A stretch of DNA of 64,000 nt, taken from Macrostomum lignano (Eukaryota). Both the position numbers and the translations under genes were made by a program. Each line of letters begins with the position of its first letter. Position 1 is the stretch's first letter. The DNA lies in the NCBI GenBank assembly GCA_002269645.1, contig NIVC01001628.1, positions 88,499 to 152,498 on the forward strand, read 5' to 3'. Shown piece after piece: positions 61,992-64,000 of the stretch. The notes below the pieces were generated by a model that was not told the DNA's origin, ran no database searches, and saw only the letters and a program-made list of their open reading frames with translations.

Positions 61992-62460
61992 GGTAATCAA
62001 CCGATATTTAGGGACTATCGTAGGGACTATTAGGAATAGGACTTAGGTTTAGGTTAGGGAATTAGCGAATTGCATTGTTATCAGAGCGTGGTGGAGTGTA
62101 GCAGTTGTGGAAAGCTGCACTCTCACAAAAAGCCACAAGCGCTCGAGGTCGGTCGCAGGGTTGTCAATCCACAAGAACTTTGAGTTCTTTGAGGCTTTAA
62201 CTCTCAGCCTGTCGCAGGTAGTCCAGCTCATCCAGTGTTGGACAATTGAATTGAAGCGAGGAGAAGCTGCTCACCAAGTGCAGGCAAGCTCACAAACTCT
62301 CATTGATTGGCTCAGTTTCATCAGGGGCATCTGTGCTCATGGTGCTCGGAGTGGTAGAACGTGGCCAATAAAATTTTTCTCAAACTTGTTCATCGACAAA
62401 CCACATTTTGGAAGTACAAAAGATGATCATGGCGTGAACGACCGCAGTGAGCAGCTCACA
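61992..62460 (+). mobile_element. Truncated Merlin (IS1016/ISXO2-like) DNA transposon remnant in the GMC intron
   Basis: The ORF from 62107 reads CTLTKSH..LSIHKNFEFFEALTLSLSQVVQLIQCW..SSQTLIDWLSFIRGIC..IDKPHFGSTKDDHG, paralleling the Merlin pattern SIR..FFE..LSL..LIY.W..TVVDW..FCREVC..IDESKFGKRKYNRG. A GGTAA start with TTAGG repeats lies at 61992. Recognised by eye. Confidence 0.6.
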
Positions 62461-63419
62461 TTGCGGCACTCACCGAAACTTGCCATCCAGAACTCCGCCC
62501 TGCGCCTTCGGCTTCATCGGCACCGAGGCTGCATAATGATAGCTGCTGACTGCCGACCACCTGATGGAGCAGTCCAGCTGCCTGTCGCTCAGTTGATCGC
62601 CGTCGCCGCCTCCGCCGCAAATCGCCGACATCGGCAGGTGGACGCGAAGCCGCCAGTTCGCGAGGCCTGGCGCGGTCCGCAGCCACCCGGCCAGCCGCCT
62701 GACCGAATTCCGCAGCCGCGCCACGTCCGTCGGGCGGCTCAGGTAGGCCGGGTCTGGCCGCCGTCCGGCCCGCGCAGCTCCGCGGCTGCCTGGCCGCGCC
62801 AGCGTTAGCACCATCAGGAAGCCGTCGCGGTCGCCGGCCGGCCGCAGGCTGCTGACGAATTGGCGCCACGCCGCCGGACGGAAATTCGACGACCGGCGAA
62901 GCACCGGATTGTCCAGCTGGCTGCTGGCCAGCACGTACACCAGGGTGTCCGGCGGCATCCGCCAGTCAGGATGATGGCGCCCGAGGTGGAGAGAAGGCCT
63001 GCAAAAGCGTGGGGGAGCTGCAGCAGCAATGCGCTCTTTTGGACCGGCAGAGCATCGGGATCTGCAATTTAGGGCGCTTCATGTGCACCGTCACATCCGC
63101 TTTCCAGAGTCGTGGGACTTCTTCACCCCTCTCCATCCACCCTCTCTGTCGTGCCGTGTAGTTGGCAAAATTGCTAGATGTATTTCACTTAGCAAACAGC
63201 CTATTTAATGATAACATGAGCGGGGGTTGATAGATCAATAACGAAAGGGGTCACGTGATGACAAATACTACGTACATGAAATCTAAGGGGTAGAGCCAGA
63301 CAGGCCAAAGAGAGCAAGAGAGAAAGTGTGCATGTTGCCGGTGCACGTACATGATGACTAGTTAGTTAGTCACTGCAGTGCCTAGAGCTCAGCGCTCCGG
63401 CACCACAGTCTCAAAACCC

Positions 63420-63550
63420 TCTCCCCATTCACCCTCTCTAGTCCCCCCATTCACCCTCTCTAGTCCAATCTCCATTTACCCTCTCTAGTCCCCTCCCCAT
63501 CCACCCTCTCTAGTCCCCATTCACCCTCTCAAGTCCCCCTCCCCATTCAC
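63420..63550. repeat. About 21-22-bp intronic minisatellite (CCCCATTCACCCTCTCTAGT)
   Basis: Visible, about 6 copies. Confidence 0.85.
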
Positions 63551-63896
63551 CAACCTTCGCCGCTCCGCCAGAAGCGCCACAGCTCGCGGAGACTCAGGAG
63601 GCTCCGCAGGCCGAACCTGCCGGACTCGAAGCGATGCGAGGACACGAACACCGAGTAGATGGGGTGGTCCTGAAGGCCTCGGCCGGGCAGCCATAGGCCG
63701 GAGTTGGCCAGGATCTGCGGGGTGGCCAGAGCCCCGGCCGCCAGAGCCACCTCGCCGCCCTCAGGTTTCAGCAGAAACTCCGACCGATTACCGACGACCC
63801 GCGCTTAACGGCCTTGACGCCCAAGCTGCGATTGTCCCGCGAAAGCAGAACCTGCAGATGCAAGCTTGCGTTGTTATTGATTATTATTTGACTGCT

Positions 63897-64000
63897 CAAC
63901 CCCCTGACTCAAACCCCCTGCCTCAAACCCCTGCCTCAAACCCCCTGCCTCAAACCCCCTGCCTCAAACCCCCTGCCTCAAACCCCCTGCCTCAAACCCC
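63897..64000. repeat. 14-bp minisatellite (AAACCCCCTGCCTC), runs off the window
   Basis: Visible. Confidence 0.92.

Larger units (their letters stand above)
60530..63851 (-). pseudogene. GMC (glucose-methanol-choline) oxidoreductase, 3' part, with two apparent 1-nt frameshifts (pseudogene or assembly error); 5' part beyond the window
   Basis: Exons 63555..63851, 62474..62998 and 60530..60668. Motifs VLLSRDNRSLGV / EVALAAGALATPQILANSG..GRGLQDHP, LARPGSRG..PDPAYLSRPTD, SDRQLDCSIR..SYHYAASVPM..GVLDGKFR and GIQGLRIVDASVLP..AVAKKAADVM. Frame changes are needed near 63790 and 62960. Confidence 0.8.

Overview
This is eukaryotic (metazoan) genomic DNA with GC-rich exons, GT-AG introns and a different 9-42 bp minisatellite in most long introns. 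That organisation suggests a flatworm such as Macrostomum, which is an inference only. I assembled seven spliced genes by hand. They are an EGFR/ErbB-family receptor (5' part, minus strand, runs off the left edge), an orphan 414-aa Ala/Pro/Gln-rich protein (minus), a ZDHHC3/7-type palmitoyltransferase (plus), a 1925-aa type-I membrane receptor with 12 C-type lectin domains (minus), PIGB (minus), NAPE-PLD (minus) and the 3' half of a GMC oxidoreductase with two apparent 1-nt frameshifts (minus, runs off the right edge). The clearest mobile element is a 3.76-kb non-autonomous Helitron with exact TC...hairpin-CTAG ends. It is inserted A^T into one minisatellite and carries two others as cargo. 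Also present are a second Helitron-like element, a ~510-bp-TIR element with a 3.8-kb GGG..CCC element (4-bp TSD) nested in its right TIR, two hAT-type MITEs (one inside a tRNA/CORE SINE), a Merlin-like transposase remnant and a LINE 3' remnant. Most long ORFs in the supplied track are artefacts of tandem repeats or antisense shadows of GC-rich exons. No rRNA, true tRNA or CRISPR array was found. All family calls come from motif recognition by eye; no database search was run.
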